Assembly: GCA_963806225.1 (NCBI GenBank)
Contig: CAWDXG010000004.1
Location: forward strand, 1,824,001 to 1,888,000
Direction of reading: 5' to 3'
From: an uncultured delta proteobacterium
GTDB lineage: Bacteria > Myxococcota_A > Polyangia > Polyangiales > Polyangiaceae
Length of the DNA stretch: 64,000 nt
The notes below the pieces were generated by a model. The model had not been told where the DNA came from, made no database searches, and saw nothing but the letters and a program-made list of their open reading frames with translations. How positions within the stretch are numbered: the first letter of the stretch is position 1; every line of letters begins with the position of its first letter. This document shows positions 1 to 8,372 of this stretch, piece by piece. Both the position numbers and the translations under genes were made by a program.

Positions 1-1
1 C

Positions 2-535
2 CAGGCGCTCGATCCGATCGCGCACCGCTTCAAGCGCGTACCGCGCTGGCTCCGGCCCGGGCTTCGCAAGCGCGGCATGCTCCTGAATCGCGACGCCTGC
101 CGCCGCCCCATGCAGTGGCACGCGGGGGAACACGCCGGCTTCACCGCACACGAAAAGCCGTGGCTACCGGCGCACCCGCATTCGAGCGCCGTCAACGTGG
201 CCGCGCAGCACGCCGATCCGGGCTCGCTGCTTTCGACGTACCGGCGCCTGCTGTCGCTGCGCCGCGAAAATGCGACGCTGCACTCCGGACGCCTCGCGCT
301 CGTCGACCGCGCGAGCCTGCCGCGCTCCGTGCTCGGCTACCGGCGCGAGCACGACGGCGCGCACGCACACGTGCGGCTGAACTTCAGCGATCGCCCCGCG
401 CGCGTGGATCTCCGCGACGCGCCGCACGCCGCCATCCACTCCAATCTGCGCGACGACGCGCGTTCCGCAGCACAGAGCTACGAGCTCGAGCCGTACGAAG
501 CGATTGTCCTGACGGGATGGGTGGCCGGCCGATAG
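2..535 (+). CDS. GH13 alpha-glucosidase/alpha-amylase, C-terminal part (5' truncated by window)
   Basis: Frame open from base 2; NRDACRRPMQW...AGF...PWLP...VNVAAQ..DPGSLL..YRRLL.LRR is the typical C-terminal segment of GH13 alpha-glucosidases. Confidence 0.85.
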   Translation, partial: QALDPIAHRFKRVPRWLRPGLRKRGMLLNRDACRRPMQWHAGEHAGFTAHEKPWLPAHPHSSAVNVAAQHADPGSLLSTYRRLLSLRRENATLHSGRLALVDRASLPRSVLGYRREHDGAHAHVRLNFSDRPARVDLRDAPHAAIHSNLRDDARSAAQSYELEPYEAIVLTGWVAGR

Positions 536-592
536 CTGACCACCGCACGACCACCCCATGCTGCCATCCGCGGGGCGAGGCGTTCGTCGCGT

Positions 593-961
593 TCACAAGC
601 CCGGTGGCCAGCAGACCACCGACCCGTTCGTCCGGACCGCGCAGGCGTGGTTCGCGGTCGTGGACACGTCGACGAAACGCCCAGCAGGCGCCGTGATCGT
701 CACTCCGACCCAGGGATCGGCCCAGCACACGATCCTCTGGTCGCTGGAGAGCGCGCACGCGATGCCGGCGCCAACCGTCACCTGCGTAGCAGCCGTCGCT
801 GGAGTCGGCCCCGCGCCACCCGCTCCTGCTGCGCCGAGCGGCGGCGTGCCACCGGCGCCCATCCCATAGCCGCCTTCGTCGCCGAGCAGCAGGCCGCTGC
901 GAGCGCCGCAGCCGGAGAGCGCGAGAACAAGACCCGCGAGCAGCGCCTCACGGAATGGCAA
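593..961 (-). CDS. Small lipoprotein with RCC1-like repeats
   Basis: Lipobox LALSGC, Gly-rich linker, two repeats of the type VTVGAGIACAL...VCW / VSTTANHACAV...VCW; start (TTG near 961) uncertain; may be truncated. Confidence 0.6.
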   Translation of the reverse strand: MPFREALLAGLVLALSGCGARSGLLLGDEGGYGMGAGGTPPLGAAGAGGAGPTPATAATQVTVGAGIACALSSDQRIVCWADPWVGVTITAPAGRFVDVSTTANHACAVRTNGSVVCWPPGL

Positions 962-1343
962 TCGTCGCCTCGCAGATGTTGCCCTCCGTTCTGCAGTGGT
1001 TTGGCCTTTCGGTCGAATAGAGCTTCTGTCCCGAGTCGGACACGATGTCGACGGAAAGCGCACCCGGCATGTCGGCTCGGTGGGGATAAGGGAACACCAC
1101 AGTCACACCGACACCGATGAAGCAATCACTGCTCAGCGCTATTTCGCACGACGCAGGCGAGTAGGTCTTGCAATCCTCTCCCGCGCAAGCGGTCGCGCTC
1201 CAGTCCCTGCCCTGTACGCGTGAGGAGGAACTCATGTCGATCGCGACCCAAAGCTCGATAGGCCCGTCGTCTGGCGGCGGCGCGGAGCTGCCGCAGGACA
1301 CCAGAAGAAGGACCGCGACGAACACAAGGACGAAGGAACGCAT
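948..1343 (-). CDS. Hypothetical Cys-containing lipoprotein
   Basis: MRSFVLVFVAVLLLVSC lipoprotein signal; ATG overlaps the stop of the upstream ORF (TGATG at 1341-1345). Confidence 0.65.
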   Translation of the reverse strand: MRSFVLVFVAVLLLVSCGSSAPPPDDGPIELWVAIDMSSSSRVQGRDWSATACAGEDCKTYSPASCEIALSSDCFIGVGVTVVFPYPHRADMPGALSVDIVSDSGQKLYSTERPNHCRTEGNICEATIAIP

Positions 1344-3150
1344 CACTGCCACCCACAGCCTGCCGGGTTGACGACCGTCGTGCCGTTCTTCAACTGCCCA
1401 AGCAGCGCGCTCGTGCCGGTCACAGGACGCCCGCCCAGCTCGTTGCGACCAGGGTAGCAACCTGGGCCCGTGATGTCGTGAAGCCCGAGATCACCGCCGA
1501 GGAGGCCGGAGAACCGGTCCCAGATGAGGTAGCGCAGTTGGTCCCGACGCAGCGCACCCACATTGCAGGTCTGGCCGGGAGGACAGGGACGGCAATTCGA
1601 GCCGTTGGGACAGACGAAACCCTGCGACAGCACGACACGGTAGCCATCCGGCTGCAGATCGACGCGTTCAAACGGTAGCTCGAGCCGGCAGCGGTACGGG
1701 GTCGGAATGCGGATGAGCCCCTGGTCGATCAGCGGGGCGAGGTCGCGCGCATCACACGAGTACGGATTTACCTGACCCCTGAAGACGCGGCAGTAGGCTG
1801 GGGCGTTCGAGCAGGCGGCCTTGTCGTCCCCGTTCTCGACCGCGTGGTCCGGATCCAGCATATCGTAGCAGGGCTCGCACTTGTGCTGGATGGGAACGCA
1901 CATCGTTCGAGATGCACGAGCCCGCAGGACCCGGGGCGTCGGAGAGCAGGACTGTGCTGGTCACGCGCTGGTTGGCGAGCTCCTGCCGGAAAACCGGACC
2001 ACCGACGCCCGTGATGGGAGCCAGCGCACGCTGGTAGTCCGGGATGGGAGGTGTCAGCGCCTCGTTGGCCGCGTACACATCGGACTGCAGCTGGCCGAGC
2101 AGGTTGGCGCTCACCGTGTCGGCGCTGCCGGCTGCAACGCCTTCCGCGATCTTCTGGTAGCTTTTGATATCCAACGTCGAGTCGATCACAAGCGCGTCGA
2201 GCAGGCTGTTCGCCCAGGAGAAGCCATCGCAGTTCCCGAGCGAAATCTGCGGGTCACCGTTGATCTCCGACGGCGCGAAGCGGATCCGGTTGTAGTACGG
2301 TCGGGTGGGTCGCCATCGATCCGGATCCTCAACTTCCAGGTCGCATGGAAGGGACAGGTGACGTGGTCACCGAAGACCGTGGTGTCCACATGACCGTGCG
2401 CATCCAGATCCGCCTGTAGCTCGTCGGGACCGGCGGTTCGCAGCACGGGATGCCGGGCGAGATCGGCGCCCTGGAGCGTATCGCCCCGCAACATGGACGC
2501 GACCAGAAGGCGCACGCTGGTGGTGGTTATGTCGAGCGTGCCGACGGGGAACGATCCGGGTGCGTGCTGCGTCTCGGCGGCATGGTCGAGACCGACTTGA
2601 ACGAACCTGTGCATGCGTAGGAAGGCCGAACAGCTACCGTAATCGTACTGGCGGAAGTAGCCGTAGGGGTCGGCAATGGTGTGATAGTAATCGGGCGCAA
2701 GGTCGCCGTAGTTCAACCTTCCGAAGGGATACGACACAACATTGCCGGAGAAGTCCTTGCAGAGCGGGCTGGCGGTAAGGCCCGCAAGCGTGAGGGGCGT
2801 GTCTGGTCCGAACCTGTCGTTCGCACCGTGCCTGTTCAACGTGGCTCTCCACCCGAACTCGAGGAACTTGCCGTAGGGGGGGTTGGTCAGGTTCGCCTCC
2901 AGCTCTTCCAGATCCGGCGTGATGCGGCCGAATCCGTCAGCGCGCTGTGCATGTCCAGCCGCCGCGCCGAAATCTGCAGCGGCGCGCCCGGGGCGCCAGG
3001 CTGGCCACAGCCGCACCCCGGACTGCCCGTGCGCAACACCGTTCGCCACACCGGCGATCGGGTCGAATTGTACGAGCCGAGCAGCAGCGCGCCGAGGATC
3101 ACCAGCAGTGCGAGCTGCAGGCGCCGCGGACGCCCTCGTGCACGCACGAC
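1343..3150 (-). CDS. Large hypothetical secreted Cys-rich protein, split over about four frames
   Basis: Protein-like segments join end to end: signal-like LQLALLVILGALLLG (ORF 2887-3309), ORF 2186-3169, ORF 1752-2189, Cys-rich ORF 1343-1903; start approximate. Confidence 0.5.
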
Positions 3151-3161
3151 TTCCGTCGTGC

Positions 3162-3176
3162 TGGCACACTCATTGC
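3162..3176 (+). promoter_or_regulatory. sigma54 -24/-12-like motif with no obvious downstream gene
   Basis: TGGCACACTCATTGC, GG-N10-GC spacing. Confidence 0.3.
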
Positions 3177-3335
3177 CCCCCGCTACGCATCGCGTCACTC
3201 CGCCGTATCCAACCCATGGCGCACCCTCTTTCTCGTCAATACTGCACGAGCGCGATCCATAGGGAACCTGCGCTCTCGGGACGTCAAGGGTGAACGGTGG
3301 AGACCGCAATACTCCGGAAATTGCAATATGAAATG

Positions 3336-3358
3336 CGGAGTTCCGTTGCGGAACTCCG
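3336..3358 (-). terminator. Perfect 10-bp stem hairpin, possible terminator of the Spy-like gene
   Basis: CGGAGTTCCG-TTG-CGGAACTCCG, followed on the minus strand by the A/T-rich CATTTCATATT, about 45 nt after the stop at 3404. Confidence 0.45.
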
Positions 3359-3403
3359 ACAACCCTGCTGCATCCGCTGAATTGCGGCGCAAGCGCGCAG
3401 TCG

Positions 3404-4297
3404 TTATCGCGCCGTCACGCTCGTCCGCGCCGTGTCGGCGCCCTGCGGCGCGCCGAGCAGTACCTTCTCCGGCCCCTGGAGGATCAGGTCCGCCAGAAGA
3501 TCGCGCTGCTCGGGCGTGAAGATCGCGAGCAGCGTGTCGGTGCGCTGGCCCGCTTGGGCGACGCGGTCGCGGAGGATGGCGAGCTTGTCGGCGCGGAAGG
3601 CCTCGAGGGCGGAGTCGAAGTTGTCGCCCTTGAAGGCGTCCACCAGAGCCAGAAGCTCGGCACGGCTCGGGCGCAGGTGCTTCTTTTCGCCGAAGAGCTG
3701 CTTCTTCATCGACTCGAGCTCGTCGACCTGGCGCTGGGACAGCATCAGGTAGGAAGCGAGGCGCCCGAAGCCGTGATGACGGCCGCGATGACGGTGCCCG
3801 TACTTCTCGTCGATGCGCGCGCGCAGCGCGGCCGCGACGGCCTTGCGTTGGTCGGGCTTCAGGATCGCGTGCAGCTCCTCGAGCGCGCTTTCGGTGGCGT
3901 CGGCGCGTTGCTTGAAGACGCGCACCGCCTCGTCCACCGACTTGTTGAACACCCTGGAGTCCGCGGTGCCGGAGCGCACCACCGCCGCAGCGGAAGCGCG
4001 GAGCTCCCTGTGCATCGCGCGGCGACCACTGCGGTCGACCTGGAGCTCGCTCTCGATCGTCGAGACGCGCCGCTCCTGGCTGGCCGTGAGCTGGCCGTGG
4101 GTCCGGCTCGCGCGGAGGACCGCGCTCACCGGCCCGTGCAGATGCCGGGCGCTGTGCGCGGCGAGCGCTTTGGCCGGGATGTCCTGCTTCTGCGCCGGAT
4201 CGTCGACCCGGGCGGCGCAGGCGACCACTCCGAACAGGACGGCGGCGGCGGAAAATGCGAGAACGCGACGAGCACGGCGACCGGCTTGGCTCCTCAT
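3404..4297 (-). CDS. Spy/CpxP-like (LTXXQ) periplasmic helical protein with two domains
   Basis: Signal peptide; motifs LTASQ, ILKPDQR, LSQRQ, IFTPEQR. Confidence 0.65.
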   Translation of the reverse strand: MRSQAGRRARRVLAFSAAAVLFGVVACAARVDDPAQKQDIPAKALAAHSARHLHGPVSAVLRASRTHGQLTASQERRVSTIESELQVDRSGRRAMHRELRASAAAVVRSGTADSRVFNKSVDEAVRVFKQRADATESALEELHAILKPDQRKAVAAALRARIDEKYGHRHRGRHHGFGRLASYLMLSQRQVDELESMKKQLFGEKKHLRPSRAELLALVDAFKGDNFDSALEAFRADKLAILRDRVAQAGQRTDTLLAIFTPEQRDLLADLILQGPEKVLLGAPQGADTARTSVTAR

Positions 4298-4347
4298 GCC
4301 AACCAGTCTAGGCCCTGCCGACGACAAAGCACGCCAATCCCACTCCC

Positions 4348-5277
4348 TTGAGCGCTTCTCCCGAATCCAGCCCAGCAAAACGCCGGCGCATCCCGCGTGT
4401 CGAGAGCATCCGCCTCGTGGCCGGCTTCGACCTGCTCGAGTCCCTGCGCTCGCGCAAGGCCATCATGCTGCTGGCGCTCTACCTGCTCGGCTCGCTGGGC
4501 GCGTCCGGGATCTTCATCCGCATTCTGAGCGCGCTGCAGGACCGGTTGCAGGAACAGATGGGTCACGCCGTGCGCATGCACGAGATCATGGCGAGCCCCG
4601 GCATGACCCGGCTGGTGGGCGCGCTCGCCGGCGACCCCGAGGTCGCCAAGGCCATCGTTACCATTCCTCCGATGGCGATCTTCTACGGCTGGCTCGCGAT
4701 CCACTTCGTGCCGCTGCTGATCCTGTTCACGTCGTCCGACGCCATCTCCGGCGACGTGTCGAGCGGCGCGGTGCGCTTCTCGCTGTTCCGCACCGATCGC
4801 ATCAGCTGGGCGGTGGGCAAGCTCGTCGGCCAGACCTGCCTGATGGCGGTGGGCGTGCTGGTCGGCGCGCTGGGGTGCTGGGTGATGGGCCTTGTCTGGC
4901 TCGACCAGATGCCCGTGGCCGACACCGGCTACTGGCTGGTCCGCATCTCCGGGCGCGCCATCGTGTACAGCTTCGCCTACCTGGGCATGGTGATGTGCGC
5001 GTCGCAGATGGCGCGCACCAACGCCCGGGCCGGCGGGCTCGCGCTGGTGATCATGTTCTTCTGCTGGCTTTCGGCGACGGTGCTCCAGGCTGGGCCGATC
5101 CAGAAGCGCGCGCCGACGCTGACCGCGGTGCTGGCCAGGCTGTTTCCGGGCGGGCACCAGCTGGCGCTGTGGCACCCCAGCCTGGTCAGGAGCGGCAGCG
5201 CGATGCTCGCGCTGATCGCCATCGGACTCGCCTTCTTCGCCCTGGGCTTCTGGCGCTTCAATGCGAGGGACGCATGA
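4348..5277 (+). CDS. ABC-2 type transporter permease
   Basis: Multiple TM segments; SSDAISGDVSSGAVRFSLFRTDR...VGK motif; stop overlaps the ATPase start (ATGA). Confidence 0.8.
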   Translation: MSASPESSPAKRRRIPRVESIRLVAGFDLLESLRSRKAIMLLALYLLGSLGASGIFIRILSALQDRLQEQMGHAVRMHEIMASPGMTRLVGALAGDPEVAKAIVTIPPMAIFYGWLAIHFVPLLILFTSSDAISGDVSSGAVRFSLFRTDRISWAVGKLVGQTCLMAVGVLVGALGCWVMGLVWLDQMPVADTGYWLVRISGRAIVYSFAYLGMVMCASQMARTNARAGGLALVIMFFCWLSATVLQAGPIQKRAPTLTAVLARLFPGGHQLALWHPSLVRSGSAMLALIAIGLAFFALGFWRFNARDA

Positions 5278-6228
5278 CGGCCGCACTCGAGCTCCGCGGG
5301 CTCAGGAAGGCGTACGGGCGCACCGTGGCGCTCGATGGGCTCGACGTCAGCATCCCCAAGGGCGTCATCTCGGGCTTCATCGGCCCCAACGGAGCCGGCA
5401 AGACGACCACCTTCGGCATCGTGGGCGGGCTCATCCGCGAGGACGCCGGGGAGGTCGACATCCTCGGGCGCGGTCCGCTTTCGCCGCACGAGTATCCGGG
5501 CTCGCTCACGCTCCTGCCCCAGGACTGCGAGCTCAGCCCCCACGTCAGCCTGCGCCAGCTGCTGACGCACTACGCGCGGCTCCAGGGCCTTGGTGCCGCC
5601 GAGGCCGCGCGCGACGTGGAAGCCCGGCTCGACGAGGTCGCGCTTTCCGATCGCGCCGAGGCGCGCATCAAGAGCCTGTCGCACGGTATGCGGCGGCGGG
5701 TGAGCATCGCCCAGGCGCTGCTCGGCAAGCCCGAGCTGGTGCTGCTCGACGAGCCAACCGCCGGGCTCGATCCGGAGCTGGTGATCCGCATCCGCGAGGT
5801 GTTCGCTTCGCACCGCAAGAAGCGCACGCTCGTCATCAGCTCGCACAACCTTCTCGAGCTCGAGGCGCTCTGCGACCACGTGGTCTTCATCGAGCGGGGC
5901 CGCTGCACGCAGAGCGGAACCATGGCCGAGGTGACGGAGCAGGGCCTGGTGATGCGCTACGCCGCGGAGGCCGCGGTAGATCTCGGCGGCGCTTCAGGCG
6001 AACCACCCCGAGCTGGAGATGACGTGGGAAGGCAAGTCGCTGCTCGTGCGCGGCTCGGGGAGCTGGACCCCGGCGAGCCTCAACACGGCCATCCTGCCCT
6101 ACCTCCTGCACATGAACGCGGGCGTGCTCGAAGTCCGCCGCGGCAAGTCGCTCGAAGACGCCTACCTCGCCGGCAAGGCCGAAGCCGAAGCGGACGACGA
6201 GGACGACGAGGACGACGACGAGAGCTAG
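5274..6228 (+). CDS. ABC transporter ATP-binding protein (frameshift near 5995)
   Basis: Walker A GPNGAGKTT, signature LSHGMRRR, Walker B LLLDEPT, H-loop SSH; C-terminus (SLEDAYL) continues in ORF 6019-6228. Confidence 0.9.
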
Positions 6229-6249
6229 GGCCGTTCGCCTGGACGCGCC

Positions 6250-7563
6250 CTATTCCGGCACGGCCGTGCCGGTCTTCGTCGCGTCGAGCAAGCTGCCGAT
6301 GTTGTTGACGACGGCGTCGCGGGCGCCGAGCTCCCCGGTGGCCTTGTCCAGCCAGTTCCACTCGATGAACTTCACGACCGAGGAGTGCTCGAGCGTGACG
6401 TGCGAGATGAAGTTCTGCTTGGCAAAGGATCCGATGGCCATGGTCGGCACGCGCGGACCGTAGGCCTTGCCGTCGACCTTGCTGTCGGGCGGCGGCGGCA
6501 CATGATCGAAGAAGCCGCCGCTCTCGTCGTAGGTGTACAGGATGAGCGTGCTGTCGGCGTAGCTCGAGCTCTCGATGGTATCCACGAGCCCGGTCACGAA
6601 GTCGACGCCGTCCTTGATGGTGCTCTTGTAGCCCGGGTGCTCCGTGCGGAAGCCGAGCGCCTTGACGAACACCACGCTCGGCAGCCTGCCAGCGGATAGA
6701 TCCTTCGACAGCTGCGAGAAGTCGCGCATGTACTTCGGGTTGTCACGGAAGCGCGTGTCGAACTGGAACGGCACGTCGCCGGGATCGTAGTCGCACGGGT
6801 AGCTCTTGATGCCCGCGGGACAGGCGGGGTCGGCGTCGGCGCAATTGATGCTCTGCTTGTTCGCGTCGACCATCGCCTGGTAGCCCTGGAGATAGAAGGC
6901 CCAGGGCACCCCTGCGTCGGCGAGCAGATCACCCACGGACTGGTCGGTCAGCGTGCTGCGCTCGCCGTGCAGTCCGCAGTGCGCGCCGTCGGCGTCGGGC
7001 GTCTTCGTGTTGTCGGTGAACTCGAACTTCGCGGTCGCGAAGTACATGTCGTTCGACGAGCTGGAACCGACCACCGGCTGGAACCAGCGGTCGGCGAGCG
7101 CCGACTTCGCCGCCAGGTCGCGGTAGGGCTTGATGACCTGGGCGTCGGCGTAGGCGAAGTTCCTCGCATCGGAGCAGCCGGAAGCGCCGGTAACGTAGCG
7201 ATCCATGCTCCCGCCGTTGATCTCCTTGACCATGCAGTCGGTGGAGTGATCGGGGTCGAAGGCGCCATGCGCGGCGTCGTCGAGCGCGGTGGGCTGCGCC
7301 CCGGAGGGATCCGTCGCTGGCCCCGCCTCGCAGCAGTCGGGCCCGTCGTTGCACTTCGGGTCGGTTCCCGTCGCCGCCGTGCAGTACTGGCCGTAGTACA
7401 CGTCGAATGCGGTGTTTTCCTGGATCACGACGACCAGGTGCTCGATGTTCGACGCCGTCGCCACGTTTCCCGAGCCGCCGGGGCCGGAGCCGTTGTCGGC
7501 GCCGCTGCTGCAGGCGAAAAGAAGGGAACTTGCGGCAACAAGAATGGAAAGCCGGAATGTCAT
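6250..7563 (-). CDS. Phospholipase C/phosphoesterase family lipoprotein
   Basis: Lipobox LFAC; IEHLVVVIQEN, TYDESGGFFDHVPPP, GPRVP motifs. Confidence 0.85.
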   Translation of the reverse strand: MTFRLSILVAASSLLFACSSGADNGSGPGGSGNVATASNIEHLVVVIQENTAFDVYYGQYCTAATGTDPKCNDGPDCCEAGPATDPSGAQPTALDDAAHGAFDPDHSTDCMVKEINGGSMDRYVTGASGCSDARNFAYADAQVIKPYRDLAAKSALADRWFQPVVGSSSSNDMYFATAKFEFTDNTKTPDADGAHCGLHGERSTLTDQSVGDLLADAGVPWAFYLQGYQAMVDANKQSINCADADPACPAGIKSYPCDYDPGDVPFQFDTRFRDNPKYMRDFSQLSKDLSAGRLPSVVFVKALGFRTEHPGYKSTIKDGVDFVTGLVDTIESSSYADSTLILYTYDESGGFFDHVPPPPDSKVDGKAYGPRVPTMAIGSFAKQNFISHVTLEHSSVVKFIEWNWLDKATGELGARDAVVNNIGSLLDATKTGTAVPE

Positions 7564-7664
7564 TGGAGCGCCATATTAACGCAACAACGCACTTTCCGGA
7601 CAGCGAGACGCCCCGGCGCGCGATACCGGCGCTTTCGCGCCCTACCCCCTGCTCGAAGGCCAGC

Positions 7665-8234
7665 TCAGCCCTTGCCGAGCATACCCTTCTTCAGACCCTT
7701 GTTGGGCGGGTGCGGGCCAAGCCAGATCGAGATGAACACCTGCGCGAAGTCGGCGCCCTGGATCGTGCCCTTGTAGGCCCCCTTGACGTGGACCTGGACG
7801 CCCTTGTCGGGGACGTAGGTGAACGTGAGCGTCTGGCCGTCCTTGATGTCCGCCATCCAGCTGTTGAGCTTTGCGATGCGCGATTTCAGCGCCCCAAGCT
7901 TCCCGCCCGCGTTCTTCTTGAAGCCCTCGCTCCACGCCTCGGTCATGTCGCTCTTGTCGACGTCGCGAACGAAGCGCAGGTGGATGCGCTTGATCTGCTC
8001 GGAGCGGATGATCTCCTGCGCATTGGACGACTTCTTCTCGAGGTACAGCCCGGCGACGTACACGTCGACGTTGAAGATCGTCGCTTCGCGGACACCCATG
8101 CCGTTGAGCACCAGCTTCTTGCCGTAGATCGTGATGTGATCGGGCATGCTCACCCCGGCGCGCTTCCCGGCGGAAACCGGAATCGCGAACAGGAGGCAAA
8201 GGCCGACGACCAGCAACATTCTGACGAACTTCAT
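7665..8234 (-). CDS. Chalcone isomerase-like periplasmic protein
   Basis: Signal peptide; LVLNGMGVRE..IFNVDVYVAGLYL and FISIWLG..P...LKKGMLG motifs. Confidence 0.85.
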   Translation of the reverse strand: MKFVRMLLVVGLCLLFAIPVSAGKRAGVSMPDHITIYGKKLVLNGMGVREATIFNVDVYVAGLYLEKKSSNAQEIIRSEQIKRIHLRFVRDVDKSDMTEAWSEGFKKNAGGKLGALKSRIAKLNSWMADIKDGQTLTFTYVPDKGVQVHVKGAYKGTIQGADFAQVFISIWLGPHPPNKGLKKGMLGKG

Positions 8235-8372
8235 GATTGACTCCTCCGCCCAGCCGGGTGGGCCGACAAACAAGTCAGGCAAGAAGCAAGCCGCCCGGAA
8301 GCGCCGCGATCCGCTGGAGGGAGCGCAAAGCTTGCGCGGGACACACCGGTGGGGCGGAACGCATGCGCGGCG

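Noticed and set aside
3813..6308. 831-aa ORF as one large ABC protein
   Set aside because: Only 5274 to about 5995 is coding; the upstream part is an alternate frame of the permease and antisense to the Spy-like gene.
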